The notes beneath the pieces are model-generated. The model did no database searches and was not told where the DNA came from. It saw only the letters and a list, made by a program, of their open reading frames with translations. A DNA stretch of 64,000 bases from Algoriphagus confluentis (lineage in GTDB: Bacteria > Bacteroidota > Bacteroidia > Cytophagales > Cyclobacteriaceae), in the NCBI RefSeq assembly GCF_036245625.1, contig NZ_BTPD01000004.1:1-64000 (forward strand), written 5' to 3'. The number at the start of each line of letters is the position of its first letter. Position 1 is the stretch's first letter. A program made the position numbers and the translations under genes. Positions 17,359 through 27,476 of this stretch are shown piece after piece.

Positions 17359-19488
17359 ATGATAGAGTTTGACCTACCCCTGTCCCATCAGGGGGTCAAG
17401 TTTTTCTTGATCCTTTTGATTATTCTCCTTGCTCCCTTGATTCTCAATCGGCTTAGAATTCCACCTCTTTTGGGACTGATTTTGGCTGGCGCATTGATTG
17501 GTCCCAAAGGTTTTGGCCTTATGGAGAGAGACAGTGGCATCCTACTCTCCGGATCTGCCGGACTTCTATACATTATGTTTTTGGCAGGCTTGGAAATTGA
17601 CCTGGATGATTTCCGGAAAAACAGCCGAAAAAGTTTGATTTTCGGAATGTATACTTTTTTGATCCCCATGGTTTTAGGAACATTCACAGGGCTTTATCTT
17701 TTTGGGTTTACCATGACCTCTTCGGTTCTATTGGCAAGCATGTTTGCCTCCCATACGCTGATCGCTTATCCCATTATCTCCAAATTGGGCATAGCCCAAA
17801 ATCGAGTAGTCAATGTCACAGTAGGGGGCACCTTAATCACCGACACTTTGGCCTTGCTGATATTGGCGGTTATCATTGGCATGTCCAAAGGCGAAGTTGG
17901 GCTTTGGTTTTGGGTGAAATTGACCGGATCCCTTATCCTATTCGGAGGATTGGTCATGTACCTTCTTCCCAAGTTTGGGTTTTGGTTTTTGAAGAAAAAT
18001 GAAGACAACGTCACCCAATACATTTTTGTTCTAACCCTGGTATTTCTAGGAGCTTTGCTTGCAGAACTGGCGGGAGTTGAAGGAATAATTGGGGCTTTTT
18101 TGGTGGGTTTGGCACTAAATCCATTAATCCAAAGAACCTCTCCCCTGATGAACCGGGTAGAATTTGTCGGAAATGCCATCTTTATCCCGTTTTTTCTGAT
18201 CAGCGTGGGAATGCTGGTTGATTTTCGAGTTTTCTTCAGCGACCGGGAGACCATTTTTATTGCTATTGTTATGACTGTCGTGGCCACCTTGGCCAAATAT
18301 CTGGCAGCCCTTTCAGCTCAAAAGACGCTGGGCTACACAAAAAATGAAAGAAGGGTCATGTTTGGTTTGAGCAATGCCCAAGCGGCAGCAACCCTTGCTG
18401 CCATTTTGATCGCCTACAATACAGTCATTGGTACTGATGAATTTGGCCAACCCATTCGATTGCTTTCCGAAGCGGTTTTGAACGGGACAATTGTGATGAT
18501 TTTGGTGACCTGCACCATTGCTACCCTAGAAGCACAACGGGGTGCCCAAAACATCATCCGATCCAATTCCTCCCTGACAGAAAAGGATCAAATCGATCTC
18601 AGTGAGCGTTTTCTCATTCCAATTCGCAGTGAGGAAACCTCCGAAAACCTGATCAACCTCTGCGTTTCCTTGAAGTCTGCCGGAAAGAAAAATTCCCTCT
18701 ATGGACTGAGCATTCTCAAGCCGGAAATCCATGATTCACTTGCAGAAATCAACGCCCAAAAAAACCTGAACAAAGCCAGTAAAATTGCCTCTGCGACTGA
18801 CGATTTTCTTATTGAGCTCCTCCGCTACGATGCTGATGTGGCTCATGGAATAAGTAGTGTGGTCTTTGAAAACAAAATCACCGATTTGATTCTCGGACTC
18901 CATGTGCAGCAAGAAGGAAAAGACTCTTTTTTGGGAGAAGTGACACAAAAAATCCTGGAAAAAGTCAATACCACAACCTATATCTATAAACCCCATCAGC
19001 CTTTTTCTTCCCACCGAAGACATTTGGTGATCATACCTCCGCATGCAGAACAGGAGTTGGGCTTCCCGCTTTGGCTGGTAAAAATCTGGAATATTGCCAA
19101 AAACTCAGGCTGCAGAATGATTTTCTACTGCAATGAAGAGACTAAAGAAACGCTGCAAAAAATCTTGGAGGTCAATCCTATCCGGGTAGATTTTCGGCCT
19201 TTTCCTAGCTGGGAAGATCCGTCCAATCTCAACATCCTACTAAAACCGGATGACAACCTCATCTTGGTCCTGAGTCGAAAAGGTGAACTCTCCTATCATC
19301 CCAATATGGATCTGGTCCCCGAATTGGTGGATACCTGGCTGAAAAACCACAGTTTTATTTTGATTTATCCAAATCCCCTTGATGCCATTTCTATTCAATC
19401 CCACGACTTCTTCCATTCCGGTTTTGCAGGTCCAAGAACGCGTCTGGATATGATCGGGACTGGAATCCAAAGGCTTTTTTCAAAGTAA
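17359..19488 (+). CDS. Cation:proton antiporter (CPA family, Na+/H+ exchanger-like) with a C-terminal cytoplasmic domain
   Basis: About 11 TM segments in the first 420 aa, a typical N-terminus MIEFDLPL...GLILAGALIGPKGFGL, and a soluble extension of about 290 aa. Start choice is uncertain (17275, 17341 or 17359). Confidence 0.6.
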   Translation: MIEFDLPLSHQGVKFFLILLIILLAPLILNRLRIPPLLGLILAGALIGPKGFGLMERDSGILLSGSAGLLYIMFLAGLEIDLDDFRKNSRKSLIFGMYTFLIPMVLGTFTGLYLFGFTMTSSVLLASMFASHTLIAYPIISKLGIAQNRVVNVTVGGTLITDTLALLILAVIIGMSKGEVGLWFWVKLTGSLILFGGLVMYLLPKFGFWFLKKNEDNVTQYIFVLTLVFLGALLAELAGVEGIIGAFLVGLALNPLIQRTSPLMNRVEFVGNAIFIPFFLISVGMLVDFRVFFSDRETIFIAIVMTVVATLAKYLAALSAQKTLGYTKNERRVMFGLSNAQAAATLAAILIAYNTVIGTDEFGQPIRLLSEAVLNGTIVMILVTCTIATLEAQRGAQNIIRSNSSLTEKDQIDLSERFLIPIRSEETSENLINLCVSLKSAGKKNSLYGLSILKPEIHDSLAEINAQKNLNKASKIASATDDFLIELLRYDADVAHGISSVVFENKITDLILGLHVQQEGKDSFLGEVTQKILEKVNTTTYIYKPHQPFSSHRRHLVIIPPHAEQELGFPLWLVKIWNIAKNSGCRMIFYCNEETKETLQKILEVNPIRVDFRPFPSWEDPSNLNILLKPDDNLILVLSRKGELSYHPNMDLVPELVDTWLKNHSFILIYPNPLDAISIQSHDFFHSGFAGPRTRLDMIGTGIQRLFSK

Positions 19489-19927
19489 TCCCCATAAAAA
19501 ATGGACCAGGAGCCCAATCACCGCATTCACCTGAATCCAAGGCCAGAAGGCATTCTTTCGAAAACAACATCCGTAAGAAGCTCGAATTAAGCCAATCTTC
19601 CTGTTTTCAATTCCGATCAGCCTTTCATTTTCCGAAAAAGGCAACACCAAGCCCACCTGCAATCGGGATAGCGATCCCCTTCAAATCAAAGCTGGAAATG
19701 GACCAAAAAGAGAATATCTTTTGCCAAAGGAAATATAGATTTCTGTTGATTTTCAGGTTTAGCTTCTATCTAAAAATAATTTCAAACTACTGATTACCAG
19801 TGTTTAATAATCTCTAATCCGAATCAAAAATAATTTCAATAATCCAAGATGAAGTGTCAGAAAAATCCACTTAGCTTTGATGAATTTATGTAAGGCAAAA
19901 TTTTCAATTTCCTTAAAATTCTGTTCG

Positions 19928-20884
19928 ATGATACTCCAGATTATTCTTCTGATTGTGGGCTTGGTGCTATTGGTCAAAGGTGCCGACTGGCTCGTGGATG
20001 GAGCCTCCGTTCTGGCCAAAAAGAAGAAGGTCTCGGACCTGGCCATAGGCCTGACGATTGTGGCTTTTGGCACCTCAGCTCCGGAGCTGGTAGTCAATGT
20101 AGTCGCTGCTTCGGGCAATTATCCGGACATCGTCTTTGGGAATGTGATCGGTTCCAATAATTTCAATCTCTTTGTCATTTTGGGAATCTCAGGTTTGATC
20201 ATTCCTCTTTCTGTTCAATCCAGTACTGTCTGGAAAGAAATCCCTTTTTCATTGTTGGCAGCGATAGGATTGTTTTTCTTGGTGAATAACTTCTTCCTTT
20301 CTGAATCCCCATTACTTTCCCGCTTGGATGGTCTGATCTTGCTGGTATGTTTTGCCGGCTTTTTGTATTACGTAGCCACCCAGCTCAAATCCGACCCTCA
20401 GACCGAGCAGGTAGAAGCGAAAGATTACTCCAACATGAAAATATGGGCCTTGATCGCGGTAGGACTGGCAGGTCTTGTAGGGGGAGGTAAACTGGTCGTA
20501 GACAACGCAGTCTCCATGGCCCAATCCTTAGGCGTAAGTGAAAAAATAATCGGACTCACCATTGTGGCAGCCGGAACTTCTCTTCCCGAACTCGCCACTT
20601 CGGTAGTGGCGGCCATGCGAAAAAATGCCGATATCGCGATCGGCAACATTGTGGGATCAAATATCTTCAACATTTTCCTTATTCTCGGTGTTAGCGCCCT
20701 GATTCGTCCTTTGGAGTTTAATGTCTCCTTCAATACAGATCTCTACATATTGGGAGCAGGTACTGTTTTTCTTTTCTTTGCCATGTTTACCGGAAAGCGT
20801 CACAAACTGGACCGATGGGAAGCCTTAGTCCTGTTGAGCTCTTACTTACTTTACACCGGGTATTTAGTCGGTTTGGAAAGCTAA
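19928..20884 (+). CDS. CaCA-family Ca2+/Na+ antiporter (YrbG-like)
   Basis: Two alpha-repeat signatures, GTSAPELVV and GTSLPELATS, with internal duplication. Start chosen at MILQIILLIVG. Confidence 0.7.
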   Translation: MILQIILLIVGLVLLVKGADWLVDGASVLAKKKKVSDLAIGLTIVAFGTSAPELVVNVVAASGNYPDIVFGNVIGSNNFNLFVILGISGLIIPLSVQSSTVWKEIPFSLLAAIGLFFLVNNFFLSESPLLSRLDGLILLVCFAGFLYYVATQLKSDPQTEQVEAKDYSNMKIWALIAVGLAGLVGGGKLVVDNAVSMAQSLGVSEKIIGLTIVAAGTSLPELATSVVAAMRKNADIAIGNIVGSNIFNIFLILGVSALIRPLEFNVSFNTDLYILGAGTVFLFFAMFTGKRHKLDRWEALVLLSSYLLYTGYLVGLES

Positions 20885-20887
20885 TTA

Positions 20888-21175
20888 TCACCCATTCCCC
20901 TGCAGATTGAGGTTGTTTTGCCCATTCCAGGCGATCATTTCTTCTTCAGCTATTTCCATAATCCTGACCACATGGTGCAGGGTATTGATATTTGGGTCTG
21001 TAGCATGGCCAAAATCGGAAATGCGAAAAGAGAAATTCTTTTCATCCGAAAGCAACTCGTCAATATCCTGATACTCTGAGGACATGGCCACCTGGATCAG
21101 TGCTGTGAAGACCTTGATTTTGGCGTCTTCCAGTATTTCAAAAGCCTCTCTTACTTTTTCCTGATAGTTCATCAT
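20888..21175 (-). CDS. Hypothetical protein (95 aa), last gene of a three-gene operon
   Basis: ORF only. Acidic, with no motif recognised. Confidence 0.35.
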   Translation of the reverse strand: MMNYQEKVREAFEILEDAKIKVFTALIQVAMSSEYQDIDELLSDEKNFSFRISDFGHATDPNINTLHHVVRIMEIAEEEMIAWNGQNNLNLQGNG

Positions 21176-21179
21176 ATGC

Positions 21180-21974
21180 TTAGTTTAGATAGAAATTCCA
21201 TTTTTCATTGGTTTGGAGTGTCGACTTCTCTGCCAAAAACAGCAGATAGGCCGCGCGAAATTCGGATTTGTACCGTGAATGGACTTCAATGGGCACCAAC
21301 CCGAAAATCGGATACTTCCTCAAAAGGGCCGCAAACGCTTCATTAAATTCATCGAACTCCTCGATGTAGTTGACCCCGTCTTTTTTCTCAAACTCATAGT
21401 CAGGTTCAAAGTCAAAATATCCACTCTCATCCGAAGTGAAGAAAAACCGATCCCGATTTCCCTTGTTGAATCGGAAAAAACTGATCGTGCCTCCTTCCCC
21501 GCCGATTTCACAAATTCGATCAAAGTCCAAATTGAACTCCACATCTTCCAGCACTCCCATGAAGATGAGTTCGGTATCTTCCTTTATCCTTTTTGAAGGA
21601 AAATAGTCCAATCCAGCTTTTTGAACCCGGTTCCAAGCCACATCCGCTTCACAAGTCAGCGCAATCACCTCGGTTCTTATCCCCAGAAATTTAGCTTTCT
21701 TGATCATCGCAAAGAGACCATCATCATAGCCATCCGTGTAGTACTCGACCACTACTTCCTTCCCCTCCATCAGGGCCATCAATGCTTCGCTGCAGGAAGC
21801 ATTGATGGCATGCAGCTCTTGATCTTCATCTTCCATCGCTTGAAAGCTTCCAAAAAGCTCTTTTGCTTTCCACGCTATATTGAAAATGCAGACCTCTCTC
21901 TTTTCGGCATACTCCCGCTCAATAAAACTACTCTTTCCTACCCCACTTGGTCCGATGACAAATATTACTTTCAT
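21180..21974 (-). CDS. P-loop NTPase-like protein with a C-terminal domain of unknown function
   Basis: Walker A motif VIGPSGVGKSS at the N-terminus, an NTPase-sized domain of about 150 aa, then an aromatic/acidic-rich C-terminal region of about 110 aa. Start chosen at MKVIFVIG, 8 nt after the upstream ORF's stop. Confidence 0.5.
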   Translation of the reverse strand: MKVIFVIGPSGVGKSSFIEREYAEKREVCIFNIAWKAKELFGSFQAMEDEDQELHAINASCSEALMALMEGKEVVVEYYTDGYDDGLFAMIKKAKFLGIRTEVIALTCEADVAWNRVQKAGLDYFPSKRIKEDTELIFMGVLEDVEFNLDFDRICEIGGEGGTISFFRFNKGNRDRFFFTSDESGYFDFEPDYEFEKKDGVNYIEEFDEFNEAFAALLRKYPIFGLVPIEVHSRYKSEFRAAYLLFLAEKSTLQTNEKWNFYLN

Positions 21975-21979
21975 GACAA

Positions 21980-22303
21980 TCAGTGGTTCTTGGCATAATC
22001 CCACATCACTCCCCAAATGTCATGATAGGCAGACAGTTTGTCTCGCTGCTCCGGGTTCTGAGCGATGGCATTTTTGAAATTTGGATAGTCTATTTCCCAC
22101 ACCTGCTGAGAAATGACCGATACCGCTTCCTGTTTACTGACATGGACCCGGTAGCCATAGTCCGCTTCGGGAGTTTCGATGATTCTTTCCTTCGGAAAAA
22201 GTGATTCCAAATCCTTTTTTACCCGAGCTCGAAAAAGTACCTGATCTGGCTTATCCCTGTGCTGAACGATTGAAATAAAGCCATTTTTGCTTGCTATCCA
22301 CAT
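21980..22303 (-). CDS. Hypothetical protein (107 aa), first gene of the three-gene operon
   Basis: ORF only (MWIASKNGFISIVQHRDKPDQVLFRARV...). Confidence 0.35.
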   Translation of the reverse strand: MWIASKNGFISIVQHRDKPDQVLFRARVKKDLESLFPKERIIETPEADYGYRVHVSKQEAVSVISQQVWEIDYPNFKNAIAQNPEQRDKLSAYHDIWGVMWDYAKNH

Positions 22304-22539
22304 CCTTGATATTGAATTGATTACAGGAATAAATCTACGGGCAAAAGAATTATCGAACTAACTTTTGACAGTAAGTGTCGCTGAATAGTTTTTACCGAAA
22401 ACAGTCAAATCCCCACTTTTGTCAATTCAAAATTTTCTGCCGCCATTGATCACAAAGGGAAAACATATCCACAAAAAACACGGTATTTTTCAACACCAAA
22501 TTTGGCAAGCCAACACTTGTCTGCCCAGCCTATACACCT

Positions 22540-24924
22540 ATGCTCCGCCCAAAAAACCACTTTCGGCAATTCTTTGCCGTCTTCGTACTCCTGCTCTTGG
22601 GAAGTGGGTCCGTTTTTTCTCAAGGAAAACTCCGAGGGGTCGTCCAAGATCAATCGTCCAAAAAAGCCTTACCTTTTGCCTCAATTGCTGTATTTTCTGA
22701 AGGGGACAGTTTGATAGGCGGTGGAATTACAGAAGACAACGGAAGCTTTTCCATTGACCTTCCTCTGGGAAGGTTTTATGCTTTGGTGGAGTTTATGGGT
22801 TTTGACTCCTTCAAAAGCTCAGTGTTCGCGCTCTCCAGAGCCGATGCAAATGTCAATTTAGGAACTGTCACCCTTCAAGCATCTGATCAGAAACTGGATG
22901 AAGTAGTCGTCCAAGGGGAGAAGACCTTGATGGAGCTTTCTTTGGACAAGCGGGTATTCAACGTGGGAAAAGACCTGGCCAACGCAGGAGGCACGGCCAC
23001 GGATATTTTAATGAATTTACCCTCCGTGGCTGTGGACACGGAAGGTAATGTGAGTTTGCGGGGCTCCTCCAACGTACGCATTCTGATTGACGGTAAGCCC
23101 TCCGGATTAGTCAGTTTCAGGGGATCGGCAGGACTTCGTCAGCTTCAGGCCAACATGGTGGAGCGAGTCGAAGTGATCACCAATCCCTCCGCCCGCTATG
23201 AGGCCGAAGGGATGGCCGGAGTCATCAACATCATTCTGAAAAAAGACAGCAATCAGGGTTTTAACGGTTCCTTTGAGGTGATTGCAGGTACCCCGCTTAA
23301 TTTGGGCTTTTCCACCAATCTGAATTACCGTAAAAACCGCATCAACTGGTTTATCAATTACAGCTTTGCCCGACGCTATCAGCCCTACGTCAGTGAGCAG
23401 TATCAGGAAGTGTATGAAAACGCGGAAACACTTATTCTCAGTCAGGCCAATGCCGGTGAACTCCGAGGCTGGAACAACAGCATTCGGGGAGGATTGGACT
23501 ATTTCTTTTCGGAGCAGAGCATTTTCACCGCTTCCTACCTCTGGAGAAGAACTGACGGCCGTAGAATCACCGACATTCGCTACGATGATTACCTGAATTC
23601 TTTAGATAATTTTCAAGGCTATTCATTGCGAAGACAGGATGAAAAAGAAAAAGAACCCAATTCAGAAATAGCATTAAACTACAAGCGGATTTTTGGGCAA
23701 AAAGGACATGAACTGACGGCTAATTTCACCTATCTGAACTACTGGGAAAATTCCGATCAGCTATTCACCGAATTCCGCTTTGATGCAAATGGACAGCCGG
23801 TACCCGAGGAAGATCTGCTTCAGACTTCTTTGAATGATGAATTTGAAAATCAGTACCTCTTTCAGCTCGATTATGTCAAACCCATAGGCTCGGAGGGCAA
23901 ATTCGAAACCGGGCTGCGGACCAGCTTTCGGGAAATGGAAAATGACTTCATTGTTTCCGAAGAAAACGAAAGCGGGGAATTGGTTCCCTTGCCCGGACTG
24001 GACAATATTTTCCTCTACAATGAAAATATCCTCGCAGCCTATGGAATCCTCGGTAACAAAACCGGAGACTGGACCTATCAGGCAGGGCTTCGCGTAGAGC
24101 ATACCGATGTGGAAACCATCCTCGCAGAAACCAACGAGCGCAACCCCAGAAACTACACCAATCTTTTCCCAAGTGCTCATTTGACTTACAATGTCTCCGA
24201 GGAAAACGCCTTCCAACTCAGCTACTCCCGAAGAGTGAGAAGACCGGTTTACAATGACCTCAGCCCCTATGTGACTTTTTCCGATCAGCGAAATTTCTTC
24301 AGTGGCAACCCTGATCTCGATCCGGAATTTACCGATGCCTTTGAGTTGGGACACATCAAGTATTTCGAGAAAGGAACCCTGTTTTCCACGGCCTACTTCC
24401 GAAACACGGTAGATAAAATCGAGCGGATCCGAACGGTGAATGAGGAAGGTTTTGCGACCACTTTGCCTTACAATCTGAATGGGGAAAAATCCTTTGGCCT
24501 GGAATTCAGTGCCGATTACCGGCCCAAAGACTGGTGGAAGCTGGATCTGAACCTGAATTTCTTCCATGCCAATATTGACGGAAGTAATATTCAGGCAGAC
24601 TTTGAGGCAAGGACTACCTCATTCCTTGCCCGGCAGACATCAAGATTCACCTTGGATGGAGGATGGGATTTGCAGCTTCGCGCAAACTACGATGCCCGTC
24701 AAAAAACAGCCCAAGGAGTCCGAAAAGGCATTTTCTTCATTGATCTATCCGCAAGCAGGCAGATTATGCAGGAGCGGGGTAGACTGATCCTGACTGCCAA
24801 TGACATCTTCAATTCCCGAAGAAACCGCTACATCATCGAGGGAGAAAACTTCTTCACCGAAGGAGACTCACAGTTTATCCGACGACAGATCAATCTGACT
24901 TTTTCTTACCAAATCAATCCATAA
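22540..24924 (+). CDS. TonB-dependent outer-membrane receptor with an N-terminal carboxypeptidase-regulatory-like domain
   Basis: Signal peptide, GKLRGVVQDQ...PFASIAVF CarbopepD_reg-like start, plug-like region (NVSLRGSSNVRILIDGKP) and a long beta-barrel ending in an aromatic-rich C-terminus. Confidence 0.7.
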   Translation: MLRPKNHFRQFFAVFVLLLLGSGSVFSQGKLRGVVQDQSSKKALPFASIAVFSEGDSLIGGGITEDNGSFSIDLPLGRFYALVEFMGFDSFKSSVFALSRADANVNLGTVTLQASDQKLDEVVVQGEKTLMELSLDKRVFNVGKDLANAGGTATDILMNLPSVAVDTEGNVSLRGSSNVRILIDGKPSGLVSFRGSAGLRQLQANMVERVEVITNPSARYEAEGMAGVINIILKKDSNQGFNGSFEVIAGTPLNLGFSTNLNYRKNRINWFINYSFARRYQPYVSEQYQEVYENAETLILSQANAGELRGWNNSIRGGLDYFFSEQSIFTASYLWRRTDGRRITDIRYDDYLNSLDNFQGYSLRRQDEKEKEPNSEIALNYKRIFGQKGHELTANFTYLNYWENSDQLFTEFRFDANGQPVPEEDLLQTSLNDEFENQYLFQLDYVKPIGSEGKFETGLRTSFREMENDFIVSEENESGELVPLPGLDNIFLYNENILAAYGILGNKTGDWTYQAGLRVEHTDVETILAETNERNPRNYTNLFPSAHLTYNVSEENAFQLSYSRRVRRPVYNDLSPYVTFSDQRNFFSGNPDLDPEFTDAFELGHIKYFEKGTLFSTAYFRNTVDKIERIRTVNEEGFATTLPYNLNGEKSFGLEFSADYRPKDWWKLDLNLNFFHANIDGSNIQADFEARTTSFLARQTSRFTLDGGWDLQLRANYDARQKTAQGVRKGIFFIDLSASRQIMQERGRLILTANDIFNSRRNRYIIEGENFFTEGDSQFIRRQINLTFSYQINP

Positions 24925-24995
24925 ACCCCTCCCTTTTGCGACTCCTGTCACTAAAATCCAAGCCATCCTTTCCCAATTTTGGAAGGCTAAATGCT

Positions 24996-27176
24996 ATGCT
25001 CCGATTTACCGCTTTACTTCTCTTCCTTTCTCTAGTTTGCAATAGTCACGTTCAGGCTCAAAAAATCAATGATGCCTACCGCCTTCAAATGAAGCGGGCT
25101 ACATCTCCAATTTTGATCGACGGAGTGATGGATGAGCAAGCTTGGGAAGAGGCTGAAGTGGCCTCTGATTTTTTTATGATCACACCGATGGATACCAGCT
25201 TTGCACAGGTGCAGACGGACGTCCGGATGACTTACGATGATCAAAATCTATATCTCATCGTGGTCAATCATCATCTGTTGGAGGGACCTTACATGGTCGA
25301 GTCGCTTCGAAGAGATTTCTCTTTTGGTAAAAACGACAACTTCCTGCTATTCATGGACCCATTTGATGATCAGACCAACGGCTTCACCTTCGGGGCAAAT
25401 GCTGCCGGAGCCCAATGGGATGGAATCATGTTCAACGGAGGATCGGTGGATTTGAGCTGGGATAACAAATGGACCTCCAAAGTCAGCAATTACGAAGACA
25501 AATGGATTTTTGAAGCGGCAATTCCTTTCAAGTCCATCCGGTATAAAAAGGGTATCAAAGAATGGGGAATCAACTTTTCCCGACTGGATCTGAAAGCGAC
25601 CGAAAAGTCAGGATGGGCACCTGTACCCCGCCAGTTTCCTTCTGCTTCTTTGGCTTACACGGGCGTTTTGGTTTGGGATGAGGCCCCTCCGGAAGCAGGA
25701 GCCAATGTTTCGGTGATCCCTTACCTGTTGGGAGGAGTGTCCAAAGATTTCGAATCGGAGGGAGAAACCCAGTATCGGAGAGAGTTTGGAATGGATGCCA
25801 AGATTGCCCTGACTTCTTCATTGAATCTGGACTTGACGGTGAACCCGGACTTTTCTCAGGTAGAAGTCGATCGCCAAGTGACCAATCTGGATCGTTTTGA
25901 GCTCTTTTTCCCCGAACGAAGGCAGTTTTTTCTGGAAAACGGAGACCTCTTCGCCAACTTCGGCTACAGCACTATCCGGCCATTTTTCTCCAGAAGAATC
26001 GGTCTCAATGCGCCCATCCAGTTTGGAGCCCGACTCAGTGGAAAGATCAACAAGGACTGGCGCATAGGTGCCATGAATATGCAAACGGGAGCCGTCGACT
26101 CAGAAGGCCTTCCTTCCCAAAACTTCACCGTGCTGGCTTTGCAAAGACAGGTCGGTGCCCGCTCCAATATCACCGGCATCCTGATCAACAAACAATCCCT
26201 GAATTACAACCCGGACCTTGAATCTGAGCATCCAGTCTACAGCCAATTCAACCGCAATGCAGGACTGGAATACAACTTGGCTTCCTCCAATAATCTCTGG
26301 ACTGGAAAAGCTATGCTGCTGAAAAGCTTTGGGCCGGATGGGACACAGGAAGGCTTTGTCCATGCCGCCAATCTCCGCTATGCTTCAGGAAACCTAACCT
26401 GGAACTGGCAGCATGAGTATGTATCTGAAAACTACACTGCTGAGGTGGGCTTTGTACCCAGAAACGGCTTTTATAAAATCAGCCCGACGGTCGGCTATCG
26501 CTGGTTTCCCAAAAGTGAAAAGATCCTTTCTCATGGACCTGATTTAGGAACCACTTTCTTTTTCAATACTACCGGCGAGCAAACGGATAATACCACCTAT
26601 GCAGCCTACAATGTCAAATGGAGAAGCCAAAGTACATTCATGCTTTGGGCCGGTTATGATTTTGTAAAGCTGCAACGGCCTTTTGACCCAACCAATTTCT
26701 CGGGAGAAACACTGCCCGCAGGAACCATTCACACTTGGAGAGCTTGGGGCACCGAGTATGCTTCCAAGCCTCAAAGTCTATTCACTTACAGCTTTTCCAC
26801 TCGGATGGGTGGCTACTACGCCGATGGGGATCGGTACAATATCAGCACAGAGCTGGGCTATCGATTCCAGCCCTATGTCAGCATCGCCATGAGCACCAAT
26901 TACAACCGGATCGTGCTCCCAGAGCCTTGGAATACGACCAATTTTTGGTTGGTCGGCCCCAGGGTAGATGTGACGATGACCAACACGCTCTTCTTCACAG
27001 CCTTTGTCCAATACAATGAGCAGATCAAAAACATCAACTTGAATACCCGCTTCCAGTGGAGATTCCAGCCTGCTTCCGATCTTTTTATCGTGTACACGGA
27101 TAATTATCTACCCGCACCATTTTATACCAAAAACCGCTCAATCGTGCTGAAATTCACCTATTGGTGGAATGTCTGA
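24996..27176 (+). CDS. DUF5916/CBM9-like domain protein (putative carbohydrate-active outer-membrane protein)
   Basis: Signal peptide plus an N-terminal region ILIDGVMDEQAWEEAEVASDFFMITP typical of the CBM9-like/DUF5916 family. About 730 aa with an aromatic C-terminus ...KFTYWWNV. Family assignment is from memory. Confidence 0.5.
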   Translation: MLRFTALLLFLSLVCNSHVQAQKINDAYRLQMKRATSPILIDGVMDEQAWEEAEVASDFFMITPMDTSFAQVQTDVRMTYDDQNLYLIVVNHHLLEGPYMVESLRRDFSFGKNDNFLLFMDPFDDQTNGFTFGANAAGAQWDGIMFNGGSVDLSWDNKWTSKVSNYEDKWIFEAAIPFKSIRYKKGIKEWGINFSRLDLKATEKSGWAPVPRQFPSASLAYTGVLVWDEAPPEAGANVSVIPYLLGGVSKDFESEGETQYRREFGMDAKIALTSSLNLDLTVNPDFSQVEVDRQVTNLDRFELFFPERRQFFLENGDLFANFGYSTIRPFFSRRIGLNAPIQFGARLSGKINKDWRIGAMNMQTGAVDSEGLPSQNFTVLALQRQVGARSNITGILINKQSLNYNPDLESEHPVYSQFNRNAGLEYNLASSNNLWTGKAMLLKSFGPDGTQEGFVHAANLRYASGNLTWNWQHEYVSENYTAEVGFVPRNGFYKISPTVGYRWFPKSEKILSHGPDLGTTFFFNTTGEQTDNTTYAAYNVKWRSQSTFMLWAGYDFVKLQRPFDPTNFSGETLPAGTIHTWRAWGTEYASKPQSLFTYSFSTRMGGYYADGDRYNISTELGYRFQPYVSIAMSTNYNRIVLPEPWNTTNFWLVGPRVDVTMTNTLFFTAFVQYNEQIKNINLNTRFQWRFQPASDLFIVYTDNYLPAPFYTKNRSIVLKFTYWWNV

Positions 27177-27230
27177 TCAAAAAATGGACTAAGCTTGAAA
27201 AATTCACGTACAAGAATTAATTTTATACGT

Positions 27231-27476
27231 ATGAATAAAAAGCTTACTCTTTCTTTAGATGAAGACATCATTGAAAAAGCAAAAATCTATGCCGCCCAAA
27301 CCGGAAAAAGTCTTTCGAGTCTGGTGGAAGAATTTTTTGAAAACCTGACCGAGAAATCCTCATCCACGCAAATTTCAGCGAAAATCAAACGTATTTCAGG
27401 AAAAATTGAAGTTCCTACTGACTTTGATTGGGAGGAAGAGTTGAGAAAAGGCCTAGAAGAAAAGCACCTGAGATGA
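27231..27476 (+). CDS. Type II antitoxin, paralogue of 1974-2240
   Basis: MNKKLTLSLDEDIIEKAKIYAAQTGKSLSSLVEEFF is about 60% identical to the first antitoxin. Its TGA stop overlaps the PIN ATG (ATGA). Confidence 0.6.
   Translation: MNKKLTLSLDEDIIEKAKIYAAQTGKSLSSLVEEFFENLTEKSSSTQISAKIKRISGKIEVPTDFDWEEELRKGLEEKHLR

Noticed and set aside
23761-24567. 268-aa minus-strand ORF inside the TonB-dependent receptor
   Set aside because: Shadow ORF. The sense strand is strongly supported.
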